DNA of 63,174 nucleotides, counting the filler, from Octopus bimaculoides (taxonomy: Eukaryota), in assembly GCF_001194135.2 (NCBI RefSeq). It is 6 parts of 6 records of this genome, joined end to end, with 100 filler letters (N's around TTAATTAATTAA, not from the genome) between each part and the next. Parts side by side here need not be neighbours in the genome. Positions count along the whole stretch, not along the records: positions 1 to 5,650 come from NC_068993.1; positions 5,751 to 11,796 come from NW_026348884.1; positions 11,897 to 30,286 come from NC_068988.1; 3 more parts are not named here. One strand, given 5' to 3'. A model generated the notes under the pieces. That model had not been told where the DNA came from and did not search any database. It worked only from the letters and a program-made list of their open reading frames with translations. Below, piece by piece: positions 1 to 12,402 of the stretch. Position 1 is the first letter of the stretch; every line of letters begins with the position of its first letter. The translations under genes were made by a program, and so were the position numbers.

Positions 1-178
1 TATGTATGTATGTATGTATATACATACGTTTATATATATATAAATATATACATAGATAATAATATAGATAAATAGATCGATACATTAATACATACATGTA
101 TATGCATATCTACGTATGTGTATATATAATATACATGTATATATGTACATACATATGTTTATATATGTATACATATTA

Positions 179-526
179 CTCTTTTACTCTTTTACTTGTT
201 TCACTCATTTGACTGCGGCCATGCTGGTGCACCGCCTTTAGTCGAGTAAATCGACCCCAGAGCTTATTCTCTGTAAGGCTAGTACTTATTCTATCGGTCT
301 CTTTTGCCGACCCGCTGGGTTACGGGGGATGTAAACACACCAGCATCGGTCGTCAAGTGACGTCGGGGGTCAGGCACAGACACACAAACATATACACACA
401 TATACATATACATATACGACGGGATTCTTTCAGTTTCCGTCTACCAAATCCACTCACAAGGCCTTGGTCGGCCCGAAGCTATAGTAGAAGACACTTGCCC
501 AAGGTGTCACGCAGTGGGACTGAGCC
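179..526 (-). mobile_element. tRNA-derived SINE, family A (CORE-like centre, internal CA/TA microsatellite), head truncated
   Basis: Reverse complement matches the complete-headed copy at 35947-36271 (GCACCTTGGGCAAGTGTCTTCTACTATAG ... CATGGCCGCAGTCAAATGA, GTAAAAGA-repeat tail). Confidence 0.9.
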
Positions 527-934
527 ATGCATTCACTTTCCCTACAAAAGTTTTAAAATCTTAATTTAATTTTATTTTTTCGAAATTAATTTTCTTATCT
601 ACAGTTATTTGTCTATATTTACAAATTTTTGCAGCTCTTATTATGCAAAGATAATCGTAATACAAAATTGTAGCAATGTTTCATTCCTTAAACAGACGGG
701 CATGTAACAACACGAAAGCCAAATCCTAGGATCTTTTGCGAGACACAACTTTATGTATGGATATACCAAATGAGACCCAGACTGCAAAATAGATGCATCA
801 CAACATGTTGAACAGAGTCCACCCATAAGGAACAGGAGCAGGATGGGTCGAAACGACCGTTGTACCAAATAAAGTTTAATACCAAATCCATCTTCTGGTT
901 ACTTAAGAAATTAATATTATTATCCTGCAGAGTT

Positions 935-1890
935 CCTGAAGTAGATCCTTTAATTGGAGCCATTCTACTCCTCCTGCCAAGAAGTGGACTGTGTGCAATT
1001 GTAGTGATGAAAGAAGATGATGGATGTGGAAGGCCCAGGAACTCTCAACGAACGTGTGGTACAAAATTGATTTAGGCTTTGCAAGGAAAGAAATACCAGT
1101 CACGAACTCAGAACTAAAGTCAGGGAGACTTTCTGTTGTGGAGTCTGAAGCCTCGTTTGAAATGGCTGCACAATAACCAAGCACAAGCACTTATGCACTC
1201 TGGGAAGTACTTCATCCCCCACAAAGTACCACCAATCGACACCACCGTAAGCTCGGGCTTGTTAACAGACGCAGTCGAGAAACTCCGCGTGAACTGATCC
1301 ATAACCAACAAGCTCACAAAAATTGAAAACAACAGCTAGTTCATCCTTGAAATGCACGTGTTTTACATCTAATTTGAAACGGGGATGAAAAAAGCTTTAT
1401 GTATATAATCCTAATAAGAGAAATTAGTTGCCAAACAAAGGTGGTTTGATGAAAGCATCATGCTGTATGTTTAGTGTAATTTCGAGGCGGTGTTACACTT
1501 TAAGCTTGTCCTAGATTGTCTACAAACGCCGTGAATATATGATGCTTTGAAATCCCGCTACTGCCATTTGTCAACCGAAGACTGACACATCTACAACATG
1601 ATAATGGTCCAAGGCACACTGCCAATGCGAACATGCTTAAACTTCGGTAACTTCAGGGACCGGAACTGCCAACAATTCAGATATTGCTCCATCGGACTAT
1701 CACCTTTACCAAACCATCGTTCGTTTTATACACTGACGGAGGATGAACAATATGGATGCCGTTGAAAACGGAACCAGGGAGTTTTTGCTCTGTAAACCAG
1801 CCAAATGGCATAAACGTGGAATTGAGCTCCAGGCGCGACGATGACAAGAGACAATAGAATATGACTGGATAGTGACAGAAGAATCTTTTT
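935..1890 (+). pseudogene. Near full-length, heavily decayed mariner (DD34D) transposase
   Basis: Manual translation across frameshifts and stops gives DVEGPGTLNERVVQN*FR, KSGRLSVV, STTNRHHRKLGLVNRRSRETPREL, NGDEK, HLQHDNG, SDIAPSDYHLY, KRGIELQARR*QETIEY: the mariner HTH, D-D and SPDLAPSDYHLF motifs in order. Confidence 0.85.
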
Positions 1891-2158
1891 AACAAATATT
1901 AATTTACACATCGAACCTAACTGCGATACGTTGTTATCACAACTGTAGATTTTCTCACATTTAAATCTATATTATTCATGTTACATGCTGTCCATGGCCA
2001 TATTAGTATAGACTCCTGCATAGATACACGTACATAAAAAAGCACACACACACATACACACACGCACACATATATATACACACAGTCATATATATAAATA
2101 GATGTATATATGTATATATATATATATATATGCATACATATAAATAAATACATATACG

Positions 2159-2192
<34 letters not shown>

Positions 2193-2813
2193 CATGCATA
2201 TATATATATACATACATATATATATATGTATATATATGTATATATATATATATATGTNNNNNNNNNNNNNNNNNNNNNNNNNNNNNNNNNNNNNNNNNNN
2301 NNNNNNNNNNNNNNNNNNNNNNNNNNNNNNNNNNNNNNNNNNNNNNNNNNNNNNNNNNNNNNNNNNNNNNNNNNNNNNNNNNNNNNNNNNNNNNNNNNNN
2401 NNNNNNNNNNNNNNNNNNNNNNNNNNNNNNNNNNNNNNNNNNNNNNNNNNNNNNNNNNNNNNNNNNNNNNTATATACATATATGTATATATATATATGTG
2501 TGTGTGTGTGTGTATATATATTGTAATGTGATCTCACATAAAAGTACATGCATAGAAATATGTGAGTGTGAGCGTATATGTCTATGCATGTGTGAGGCTG
2601 AAAGTCTCAGCTTGTGATTGTGTATGTATTTATGTATATATATATATATATATATATGCATGTATGTATGTGCGCATGATTCTGCTGGTGTGTGCTCACC
2701 CATCTCTCAGTATAAGTGAGATTACCGCTGCTACCGTATTATGAAGACAAACATGAAATTAATTCATTCCTGACATTTATATCATGCGAAAAATAAATTA
2801 ATTGCCAATTAAC

Positions 2814-2853
2814 CTCCCCCCGCCTCCTCCTCCTTCTCCTCCTCCTCCTCCTC

Positions 2854-2889
<36 letters not shown>

Positions 2890-2893
2890 TTAC

Positions 2894-2924
<31 letters not shown>

Positions 2925-2960
2925 GCTACTGCTGCTGCTCCTGCTACAACTACTACTATT
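2814..2960. repeat. Compound (CCT)n/(CTA)n microsatellite
   Basis: Directly visible. Confidence 0.95.
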
Positions 2961-3105
2961 ATTTCGTTTAGCAATTGTTGCATGTATAATGTACATAAGT
3001 AGAAAATGTCAAATCCAGTATATACACACATATACATGTGTGAGTATGTGTGTGTGTGTATCTGTGTGTGTATATATATATGTGTATATTTATCTATGCC
3101 TATAT

Positions 3106-3137
<32 letters not shown>

Positions 3138-4077
3138 GTACATACATACCGTCATACACCACACACGTGCAGGCGTGCGCGTGAATACACACAAACACAC
3201 AAAGACGCATACGAGAAAAGCGTCTGAGGTGCGGGGGGGGGGTGTTTATTAAGAAGTAAAATGAACGAAATAATAAGACGAGATCGACTACAGAAACAAC
3301 AAAACCACCTCAACAACACAATCATTAACAACGTAACGGTATAATTAGATGGTGCGAGTTAGCGATTCTTCCTCAAGGTCGTCGCTCAAAATGCAAAAAA
3401 TGTAGCGGTCAAATATTGGGAGCTTTATAACTACATCTTGGAAAAATTAAAGGTTACATAAATTTCAGCATAAACAACATGGCCAGTGAGTGTGTTCATG
3501 TAGCATCTGCTACATAAGCACAGTCATCATATCTTGTCATAATCCATCTCAATACGGATTAAGTCAATGACAAATAATACCGACAAATCAATATAAGTAT
3601 GGACGTGTGAAATTTGACTGATGACGACCGCTGCTGTCATCTTGCGGTCGTCTTTAGTATAAGTGTCAGAGATAAAACAGGGTTTGCTAAGAAATAAAAG
3701 TGAGGGAGAAATTTCTTTCAAGAGGAGAGAATCGCGGAGAGAGATTTTTTTTTAAATAGCCACATTTTATTATCTTTCTATACAATTCATTCTTATTTGT
3801 TTCTTTTTGGGATAAATAATATAAATGGGAACAATAACTAAACAACATGATCAGCTCAGCTCATGCTTTGGCTATCTGATCTGTTGAACATTGTGGCTAA
3901 AGCCCCCTGTGGTCGCTATCATACAAACTTCAAAATAATGAGGTGAAACATCGGTTCATGTAAGTTTGGGCACATCAGGGTGGATATGACACGGTTGGAA
4001 ATTATTTTACCAATGATATTCTCCATATTATCGACCTGGGACTGAAAGACAAAGTGATCATCAATGAAAGAATAATA

Positions 4078-4520
4078 CAGTAATCCCTCGACTATCGCGG
4101 ATGTTACGTTCCAAATACGCCTACCCACCCCCGCGCGTGGTGGAAATCTACGAAATAGAAACAGTACTGTATTGTATATTATTTATTATTTTTATAATTG
4201 TATATATTTATTTTATTATAAATTCAAAACACCAGGAAACCACGTAAGGTTACCCGTTTTAACTCACTATTCTTGTTTGAGGACAGTTCTATTTGGTTTC
4301 TTTACTGCATTTAAGATCACTCTCTTCTGCGCAGCTGAAAATGAGTACTAACTGAATATCGGTGCTGCCCTCTCCACGCGTCTATGTTCCGCTGGGTCGA
4401 CCGTAGGATTGGCTATTCAGTGTCCAGTAACTACACGGTTACCAAATCCAATCAACAAATTCATGTCAGAGCCTACAAAGTCATACACTTTTGCGTGTGA
4501 TGCGTCAGTTGTTTCTATGT
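4078..4520 (+). mobile_element. pogo/Tigger-like DNA transposon end fragment
   Basis: TA followed by CAGTAATCCCTCGACTATCGCGG, resembling Tigger/pogo TIRs. No partner TIR was found; the right boundary is a guess. Confidence 0.5.
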
Positions 4521-5409
4521 ATATTTGTTTAGTTGGAAACTGATGTTGTTAAGCTATAAAGGTTATTTTTATTTTTCGTTTAATAGCGTCTAAACTACAA
4601 ACTGTAGGTTGTAACTTATTAATATCAGACTTTAAAAGGAGTATAAATGCAGAATCAACATTATATATTGATTTTTGTATAACGCTTGAATATGCATCCA
4701 AATACACTATACACGCGAGAGAATATGTGAGTGTGTTTATGTGTGCGTGTGCCTCTGTGTGTGTGTGCGTGCGTGTGTGTGTGTGTGTGCGTGTGCGTGC
4801 GTGTGTGCGTGCGTATGTGTGATTGTAAAGTCGATGATTCGCTCCTTTGTTATTCGAAGTTTTATGCGTGGTTGAAATATAAAAGTGACAATCTCACCAT
4901 GCGTGAATCTTTTTGTAGTTAGAGAGTGAATCGCACAAACAAACACACAGGCAGACAGACAGAAAGACAGACAGACATACAGACACGCACACACGTATAC
5001 ACACACACACATTAATAAGTATTCCATAGCTGCAATCCTACGGCATCATGTGAACAAGACTAAGCGTTTTCTGAAAAATAGTTGCGTAATAATAAAATCA
5101 GTCGATTCGTCTCTGAATCTTCGTCCCCATATTCAATAATCTTTATAGTGCTTACATTCATGGACTCACAACTTTCATAGAGATCTAATTTAGTATGTTT
5201 ACTTATAGCATCGGGGTATTTAACATCTATTACGTACATACAAATGTGAAACGTGTACAAGCGGATCCATCAGAGTCTTGTATTTTTAACTTAAAAGCCA
5301 CTTTGCGAATAAAACAAAATATTAGAACTACAGGCTACAGAAGTTTGCACATGGATCATAAATATTACACACCTCATGCCGTTATTGCAATCTAACATTG
5401 ATACATTTA

Positions 5410-5464
<55 letters not shown>

Positions 5465-5466
<2 letters not shown>

Positions 5467-5650
5467 ATATTATTAGGGACAAAATCCAAAATTACAGGTA
5501 AAAAACTCAATTAAAATCAATTTATAAAAAATTAAATTGAGCCTTATAGATAAAGTATATATAAAATATATATAGTTTTAGGGAAAATAACCAATTTTCA
5601 AGAACTCATCGATGAAAATCCACTATCACATATAGAAAAATTAATAATTA
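5465..5650. repeat. AT-rich interspersed repeat fragment, probably PLE-associated
   Basis: 5567-5650 is closely similar to 22218-22302 (TATAGTTTTAGGGAAAA...CTCATCGATG.AAATCCACT.TCACATATAGAAAAATTAATAATTA), which lies next to the GIY-YIG remnant. Confidence 0.6.
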
Positions 5651-5750
5651 NNNNNNNNNNNNNNNNNNNNNNNNNNNNNNNNNNNNNNNNNNNNTTAATT
5701 AATTAANNNNNNNNNNNNNNNNNNNNNNNNNNNNNNNNNNNNNNNNNNNN

Positions 5751-6122
5751 TGTTGTTGGCACTCCGTCGCTTACGACGTCGAGGGTTCCAGTTGATCCGA
5801 TCAACGGAACAGCCTGCTACTCGTGAAATTAACGTGCAAGTGGCTGAGCACTCCACAGACACGTGTACCCTTAACGTAGTTCTCGGGGGGATATTCAGCG
5901 TGACACAGAGTGTGACAAGGCTGGTCCCTTTGAAATACAGGAAGTAAGAGTGAGAGAAAGCTGTGGTGGAAGAGTACAGCAGGGTTCACCACCATCCCCT
6001 GCCGGAGCCTCGTGGAACTTTTAGGTGTTTTCGCTCAATAAACACTCACAACGCCCGGTCTGGGAATCGAAACTGCCATCCTATGACCGCGATTCCGCTG
6101 CCTTAACCACTGGGCCATTGCG
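5751..6122 (-). mobile_element. tRNA-derived SINE, family C (tail GACGGAGTGCCAACAACA)
   Basis: Reverse complement of the copy at 38340-38722; A-box (TGGCCCAGTGG) and B-box-like (GGTTTCGATTCCC) present. Confidence 0.9.
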
Positions 6123-6124
6123 CC

Positions 6125-6370
6125 TCCCTCATTTCGTATATGCTCTCTTAATGATGTTCCCAGCATGGAGATCTTTCCACCTCCCTTTGTGTCGCAAACT
6201 AATCGATGTTCTATCCTCTTCGTAGTGGCCCTCGTCTCACTTGCGTGCAAGAGCGCAGCTAGGACGGTGCTGTTGAAAAGTCTGGCACGTATAACATTGC
6301 TTGGCTTTGTTTGGAACACATCCTTTACTGAGTTAAATGCCTTCCATCTTGAGATTTCAGCATCCATATC
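6125..6370 (-). mobile_element. RTE-clade LINE reverse transcriptase, C-terminal fragment
   Basis: Translation EISRWKAFNSVKDV...RARLFNSTVLAALLHASETRATTK...SMLGTSLREHIRNE resembles the RTE RT thumb region. Confidence 0.8.
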
Positions 6371-6579
6371 TCTCTCTTTACTTGTTTCAGTATTTTTGAC
6401 TGCGGCCATGCTGGAGCACAGCCTTTAGTCGAGCAAATCGGCCCCGGGACTTATTCTTTGTAAGCCTGGTACTTATTTTATCGGTCTCTTTTTGCCGGAC
6501 CGCTAAGTGACGGGGACCTAAACACACCAGCATCGGTTGTCAAGCAATGCTAGGGGGGACAAACACAGACACACAAACA

Positions 6580-6635
<56 letters not shown>

Positions 6636-6636
6636 N
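6371..6636 (-). mobile_element. SINE family A, 3' half (rest in gap)
   Basis: Matches the other family A copies. Confidence 0.9.
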
Positions 6637-7434
6637 NNNNNNNNNNNNNNNNNNNNNNNNNNNNNNNNNNNNNNNNNNNNNNNNNNNNNNNNNNNNNNNN
6701 NNNNNNNNNNNNNNNNNNNNNNNNNNNNNNNNNNNNNNNNNNNNNNNNNNNNNNNNNNNNNNNNNNNNNNNNNNNNNNNNNNNNNNNNNNNNNNNNNNNN
6801 NNNNNNNNNNNNNNNNNNNNNNNNNNNNNNNNNNNNNNNNNNNNNNNNNNNNNNNNNNNNNNNNNNNNNNNNNNNNNNNNNNNNNNNNNNNNNNNNNNNN
6901 NNNNNNNNNNNNNNNNNNNNNNNNNNNNNNNNNNNNNNNNNNNNNNNNNNNNNNNNNNNNNNNNNNNNNNNNNNNNNNNNNNNNNNNNNNNNNNNNNNNN
7001 NNNNNNNNNNNNNNNNNNNNNNNNNNNNNNNNNNNNNNNNNNNNNNNNNNNNNNNNNNNNNNNNNNNNNNNNNNNNNNNNNNNNNNNNNNNNNNNNNNNN
7101 NNNNNNNNNNNNNNNNNNNNNNNNNNNNNNNNNNNNNNNNNNNNNNNNNNNNNNNNNNNNNNNNNNNNNNNNNNNNNNNNNNNNNNNNNNNNNNNNNNNN
7201 NNNNNNNNNNNNNNNNNNNNNNNNNNNNNNNNNNNNNNNNNNNNNNNNNNNNNNNNNNNNNNNNNNNNNNNNNNNNNNNNNNNNNNNNNNNNNNNNNNNN
7301 NNNNNNNNNNNNNNNNNNNNNNNNNNNNNNNNNNNNNNNNNNNNNNNNNNNNNNNNNNNNNNNNNNNNNNNNNNNNNNNNNNNNNNNNNNNNNNNNNNNN
7401 NNNNNNNNNNNNNNNNNNNNNNNNNNNNNNNNNN

Positions 7435-7645
7435 TGAGTGTCTTGCTCTGAGTGTCTAGCTCTGAGTGTCTGACTCTGAGTGTCTGGCTCTGAGTGTCTG
7501 GCTCTGAGTGTCTGGCTTTGAGTGTCTAGCTCTGAGTGTCTAGCTCTGAGTGACTGGCTCTGAGTGTCTAGCTCTGAGTGTCTGGCTCTGAGTGTCTGGC
7601 TCTGAGTGTCTAGCTCTGAGTGTCTAGCTCTGAGTGTCTGGCTCT
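7435..7645. repeat. 14-bp minisatellite GCTCTGAGTGTCT(A/G), about 15 copies
   Basis: Directly visible head-to-tail units with no spacers. Confidence 0.95.
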
Positions 7646-7790
7646 GTCAGCCATGATTTGCAGATGGTCTTTGGCTTCAGCGATGAGTACAATGTCGTCT
7701 GCGAAACGGAGGTATGTTAGATGTTCGCCATTGATGTTCACGCCACCTGTCCAGTAGATGTCCTTGATGACTATTTCTAGAGAAGATGCT
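7646..7790 (-). mobile_element. RTE-clade LINE RT catalytic fragment
   Basis: Translation GVNINGEHLTYLRFADDIVLIAE contains the FADD catalytic motif. Confidence 0.9.
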
Positions 7791-7794
7791 TCGT

Positions 7795-7862
7795 TCGCTC
7801 CAGTTACCGAAACCACAATCCTATGACAACGAGCGCAACACCTTAACCACTTGGCCACGCGC
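7795..7862 (-). mobile_element. Isolated tRNA-like SINE head
   Basis: Reverse complement GGCGCGTGGCCAAGTGGTTAAGGTG...GGTTTCGGTAACT shows an A-box and a decayed B-box. Confidence 0.6.
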
Positions 7863-7995
7863 CTCTGTATCTCTATATACGCTCTCTGTCTGTCTATCTG
7901 GCTGGCTGGCTCTCTATATATTTATATGTGTGTATGCATGCATGTATGTATGAATGTATGTATGTATATGTGTGTATGTTTACGCTTTATGGAAG

Positions 7996-8027
<32 letters not shown>

Positions 8028-8029
<2 letters not shown>

Positions 8030-8293
8030 TCTTTTTTACTCTTTTACTTGTTTGTCATTTGACTGCGGCCATGCTGGAGCACCGCCTTTAGTCGAGCAAA
8101 TCGACCCCGGGACTTATTTTTTGTAAGCCTAGTACTTATTCTATCGGTCTCTTTTGCCAAACCGCTAAGTTACGGGGACATAAACACACCAGCATCGGTT
8201 GTCAAGCAATGCTAGGGGGACAAACACAAACAAATATACATATATATATATATATATATACATATATACGACGGGCTTCTTTCAGTTTCCGTC
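8028..8293 (-). mobile_element. SINE family A, 3' half
   Basis: Matches the other family A copies; runs into a gap. Confidence 0.9.
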
Positions 8294-9329
8294 NNNNNNN
8301 NNNNNNNNNNNNNNNNNNNNNNNNNNNNNNNNNNNNNNNNNNNNNNNNNNNNNNNNNNNNNNNNNNNNNNNNNNNNNNNNNNNNNNNNNNNNNNNNNNNN
8401 NNNNNNNNNNNNNNNNNNNNNNNNNNNNNNNNNNNNNNNNNNNNNNNNNNNNNNNNNNNNNNNNNNNNNNNNNNNNNNNNNNNNNNNNNNNNNNNNNNNN
8501 NNNNNNNNNNNNNNNNNNNNNNNNNNNNNNNNNNNNNNNNNNNNNNNNNNNNNNNNNNNNNNNNNNNNNNNNNNNNNNNNNNNNNNNNNNNNNNNNNNNN
8601 NNNNNNNNNNNNNNNNNNNNNNNNNNNNNNNNNNNNNNNNNNNNNNNNNNNNNNNNNNNNNNNNNNNNNNNNNNNNNNNNNNNNNNNNNNNNNNNNNNNN
8701 NNNNNNNNNNNNNNNNNNNNNNNNNNNNNNNNNNNNNNNNNNNNNNNNNNNNNNNNNNNNNNNNNNNNNNNNNNNNNNNNNNNNNNNNNNNNNNNNNNNN
8801 NNNNNNNNNNNNNNNNNNNNNNNNNNNNNNNNNNNNNNNNNNNNNNNNNNNNNNNNNNNNNNNNNNNNNNNNNNNNNNNNNNNNNNNNNNNNNNNNNNNN
8901 NNNNNNNNNNNNNNNNNNNNNNNNNNNNNNNNNNNNNNNNNNNNNNNNNNNNNNNNNNNNNNNNNNNNNNNNNNNNNNNNNNNNNNNNNNNNNNNNNNNN
9001 NNNNNNNNNNNNNNNNNNNNNNNNNNNNNNNNNNNNNNNNNNNNNNNNNNNNNNNNNNNNNNNNNNNNNNNNNNNNNNNNNNNNNNNNNNNNNNTTTTTG
9101 TCTTCTTCTTCAATAGTTTTCGTTAAATTTTGTTGGAAAAAAAGCAACTCATTTGAATAAAAGGGAGATAAGCACGTATAATAGCTTCCGGTCTGTGCTT
9201 TCTTTGTTCGGAGTTTTCGGGTACTTATTTATTTGTTTACCTATTTAAAACATTTTTGTTTTTGGCTTTTTTAAAATATTCTCGTTCGTTTTGTTTTTGT
9301 TGTCTTTGATGTTGCGTCTGGATGTGTTT

Positions 9330-9345
9330 GTGTCTAAGTGCATAG

Positions 9346-9380
<35 letters not shown>

Positions 9381-10079
9381 CATGTGTGAATATACGTGTG
9401 TATGTGTGTTTGTTTGTGTGCAGATATGTGTGTGAGTATATATGCATGTGTGTTTGTCTGTAGACATGTTCGTGTTTGTGTGTAGATGCGTATGTGTGTG
9501 TGCTTACAGATGTATATGTGTGTGTTTGTATGTATAGATGTGTGTGTGTGTCTATGTGTGTCTGTGTGTGTAGAATTGTATATGTGTGTTTGTGTGTATG
9601 TATGTGCATTTATGTGTGAATATGTGCGCGTTTATTTGTATATAAGTGTAAATGTGTGTGTGTGTGTATGTGTGTGTGTTTATGTGTGTTTAAGAGGCTA
9701 GACGTGCGTGTGTGTGTGTGTCAAGGTGCGTGTAAGTAGGTATGCGTGCGCGTTTGTGTCTAAGCATGTTTATGTGTGTGTGTGTGTGTGTGTGCGTGTG
9801 TGTATGTAGGTGTGTTTATGTATTCACGTGTGTACTCCCATGTATGTTTGTGGATCTGGTGTGTGTGCATGTCTATCTTTCTAAATGTGTGTGCATGTCC
9901 TCCAATGTCGAGATATGTGTGTTTGTATTTGAGTTGATGAGTGTGTGCGTATGCATATCTTTTTACATGTTGATGTGTGTGTGTGAGTGTGTGTGTGTGT
10001 GTGTGTTTGCATATGAATATGTGTGTGTGTTTGTGTTTAAATAATAATGTGTTTTGGTGGGAGGGGTTATGTACGTACA

Positions 10080-10116
<37 letters not shown>

Positions 10117-11157
10117 NNNNNNNNNNNNNNNNNNNNNNNNNNNNNNNNNNNNNNNNNNNNNNNNNNNNNNNNNNNNNNNNNNNNNNNNNNNNNNNNNNNN
10201 NNNNNNNNNNNNNNNNNNNNNNNNNNNNNNNNNNNNNNNNNNNNNNNNNNNNNNNNNNNNNNNNNNNNNNNNNNNNNNNNNNNNNNNNNNNNNNNNNNNN
10301 NNNNNNNNNNNNNNNNNNNNNNNNNNNNNNNNNNNNNNNNNNNNNNNNNNNNNNNNNNNNNNNNNNNNNNNNNNNNNNNNNNNNNNNNNNNNNNNNNNNN
10401 NNNNNNNNNNNNNNNNNNNNNNNNNNNNNNNNNNNNNNNNNNNNNNNNNNNNNNNNNNNNNNNNNNNNNNNNNNNNNNNNNNNNNNNNNNNNNNNNNNNN
10501 NNNNNNNNNNNNNNNNNNNNNNNNNNNNNNNNNNNNNNNNNNNNNNNNNNNNNNNNNNNNNNNNNNNNNNNNNNNNNNNNNNNNNNNNNNNNNNNNNNNN
10601 NNNNNNNNNNNNNNNNNNNNNNNNNNNNNNNNNNNNNNNNNNNNNNNNNNNNNNNNNNNNNNNNNNNNNNNNNNNNNNNNNNNNNNNNNNNNNNNNNNNN
10701 NNNNNNNNNNNNNNNNNNNNNNNNNNNNNNNNNNNNNNNNNNNNNNNNNNNNNNNNNNNNNNNNNNNNNNNNNNNNNNNNNNNNNNNNNNNNNNNNNNNN
10801 NNNNNNNNNNNNNNNNNNNNNNNNNNNNNNNNNNNNNNNNNNNNNNNNNNNNNNNNNNNNNNNNNNNNNNNNNNNNNNNNNNNNNNNNNNNNNNNNNNNN
10901 NNNNNNNNNNNNNNNNNNNNNNNNNNNNNNNNNNNNNNNNNNNNNNNNNNNNNNNNNNNNNNNNNNNNNNNNNNNNNNNNNNNNNNNNNNNNNNNNNNNN
11001 NNNNNNNNNNNNNNNNNNNNNNNNNNNNNNNNNGTGTGGACATGTGTGTGTGTGTGGACATGTGCGTGTATGGACATGTGTGTGTGTGTGTGTGTGGATT
11101 TGTGTGTGTTTGTGTGGATATGTGCGTCTAGGTGTATGTGTGCGTTTGTTTGAGCCT

Positions 11158-11194
<37 letters not shown>

Positions 11195-11500
11195 ACGTAT
11201 TTATCTATGTGTGCGTCGGTATCTGGGTATGTGAGCGTTTGTTTGTGTTTGTGTGTTTGCGTATGTATATGTGTATATGTGTACATATGTCGAAATGTGT
11301 GTATTCATATGTGTGTCTGTCTGTGTAAGTGCATATCTGCTTATTTGTAATCTGTGCGTGCGTCTGTGTTTGCATATGTGTATATACACCTGTTTAAGTG
11401 TTTATATGTGTATGTGTATCTGTGTATCTGTGTGTGTGTGTATGTGTGTGTGGAGACGTCTTTATGTATCTCTGTCCATATAAATCTATGGCGATATTAT
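9330..11500. repeat. Long degenerate (GT)n-rich low-complexity tract (with gap)
   Basis: Directly visible. Confidence 0.9.
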
Positions 11501-11614
11501 CGAAGCCATTTTTCTTAGAGTTTTATTGTGTTTGTAATTCTTCTACCGTCTGTCTACAAAATGTCTTCATTCCACTGGCGGCCTCCTCTTCCACCTCGTC
11601 CGTTTAATCGCCCC

Positions 11615-11796
11615 TTCCTCTTCTTCTTCTTCTTCTTCTTCTTCTTCTTCTTCTTCTTCTTCTTCTTCGTCTTCTTCTTCTTCTTCTTCTCCTTCTTCTT
11701 CTTCGTTTTCTTCTTCTTCTTCTTCTTCGTCGTTTTCTTCTTCGTTTTCTTCTTCTTCTTCTTCTTCTTCTTCGTCTTCTTCTTCTCCTTCTTCTT
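11615..11796. repeat. (TTC)n microsatellite
   Basis: Directly visible. Confidence 0.95.
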
Positions 11797-12071
11797 NNNN
11801 NNNNNNNNNNNNNNNNNNNNNNNNNNNNNNNNNNNNNNNNTTAATTAATTAANNNNNNNNNNNNNNNNNNNNNNNNNNNNNNNNNNNNNNNNNNNNACCC
11901 CTAGGGGTCAGCCATATTTAAGTGGCAATATACTTCACTTTATATATATATACATATACATATACATACATATGTATACACATACACACACATACATACA
12001 TACATACATATATATATACACATATACACATACATATATACACACATACAAAACATTACCCACACACATAT

Positions 12072-12138
<67 letters not shown>

Positions 12139-12280
12139 TACATATAAGTATATATATACACATATACATACATATATGTATACATATATGTATGTTTATG
12201 TATGTATATGTGTGTATATGTATATATATGTGTATGTGTGTATATGTGTGTGTGTGATGTTTAATATGTGTGTGTATATA

Positions 12281-12327
<47 letters not shown>

Positions 12328-12368
12328 GTATTTATGCATATATATGTGTATGTATGTATATGAGTGTG

Positions 12369-12402
<34 letters not shown>

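Noticed and set aside
3618-3655. Hammerhead starting at CTGATGA 3618
   Set aside because: The stem is followed by TCTTTAG instead of GAAA; kept only as a hairpin.
5695-5706. TTAATTAATTAA islands inside N runs (also 11841, 30331, 44096, 55708)
   Set aside because: An identical 12-mer with stops in all six frames centred in gaps is an artificial contig spacer, not biology.
7435-7645. CRISPR-like array
   Set aside because: Units are contiguous with no unique spacers, there are no cas genes, and the context is eukaryotic.
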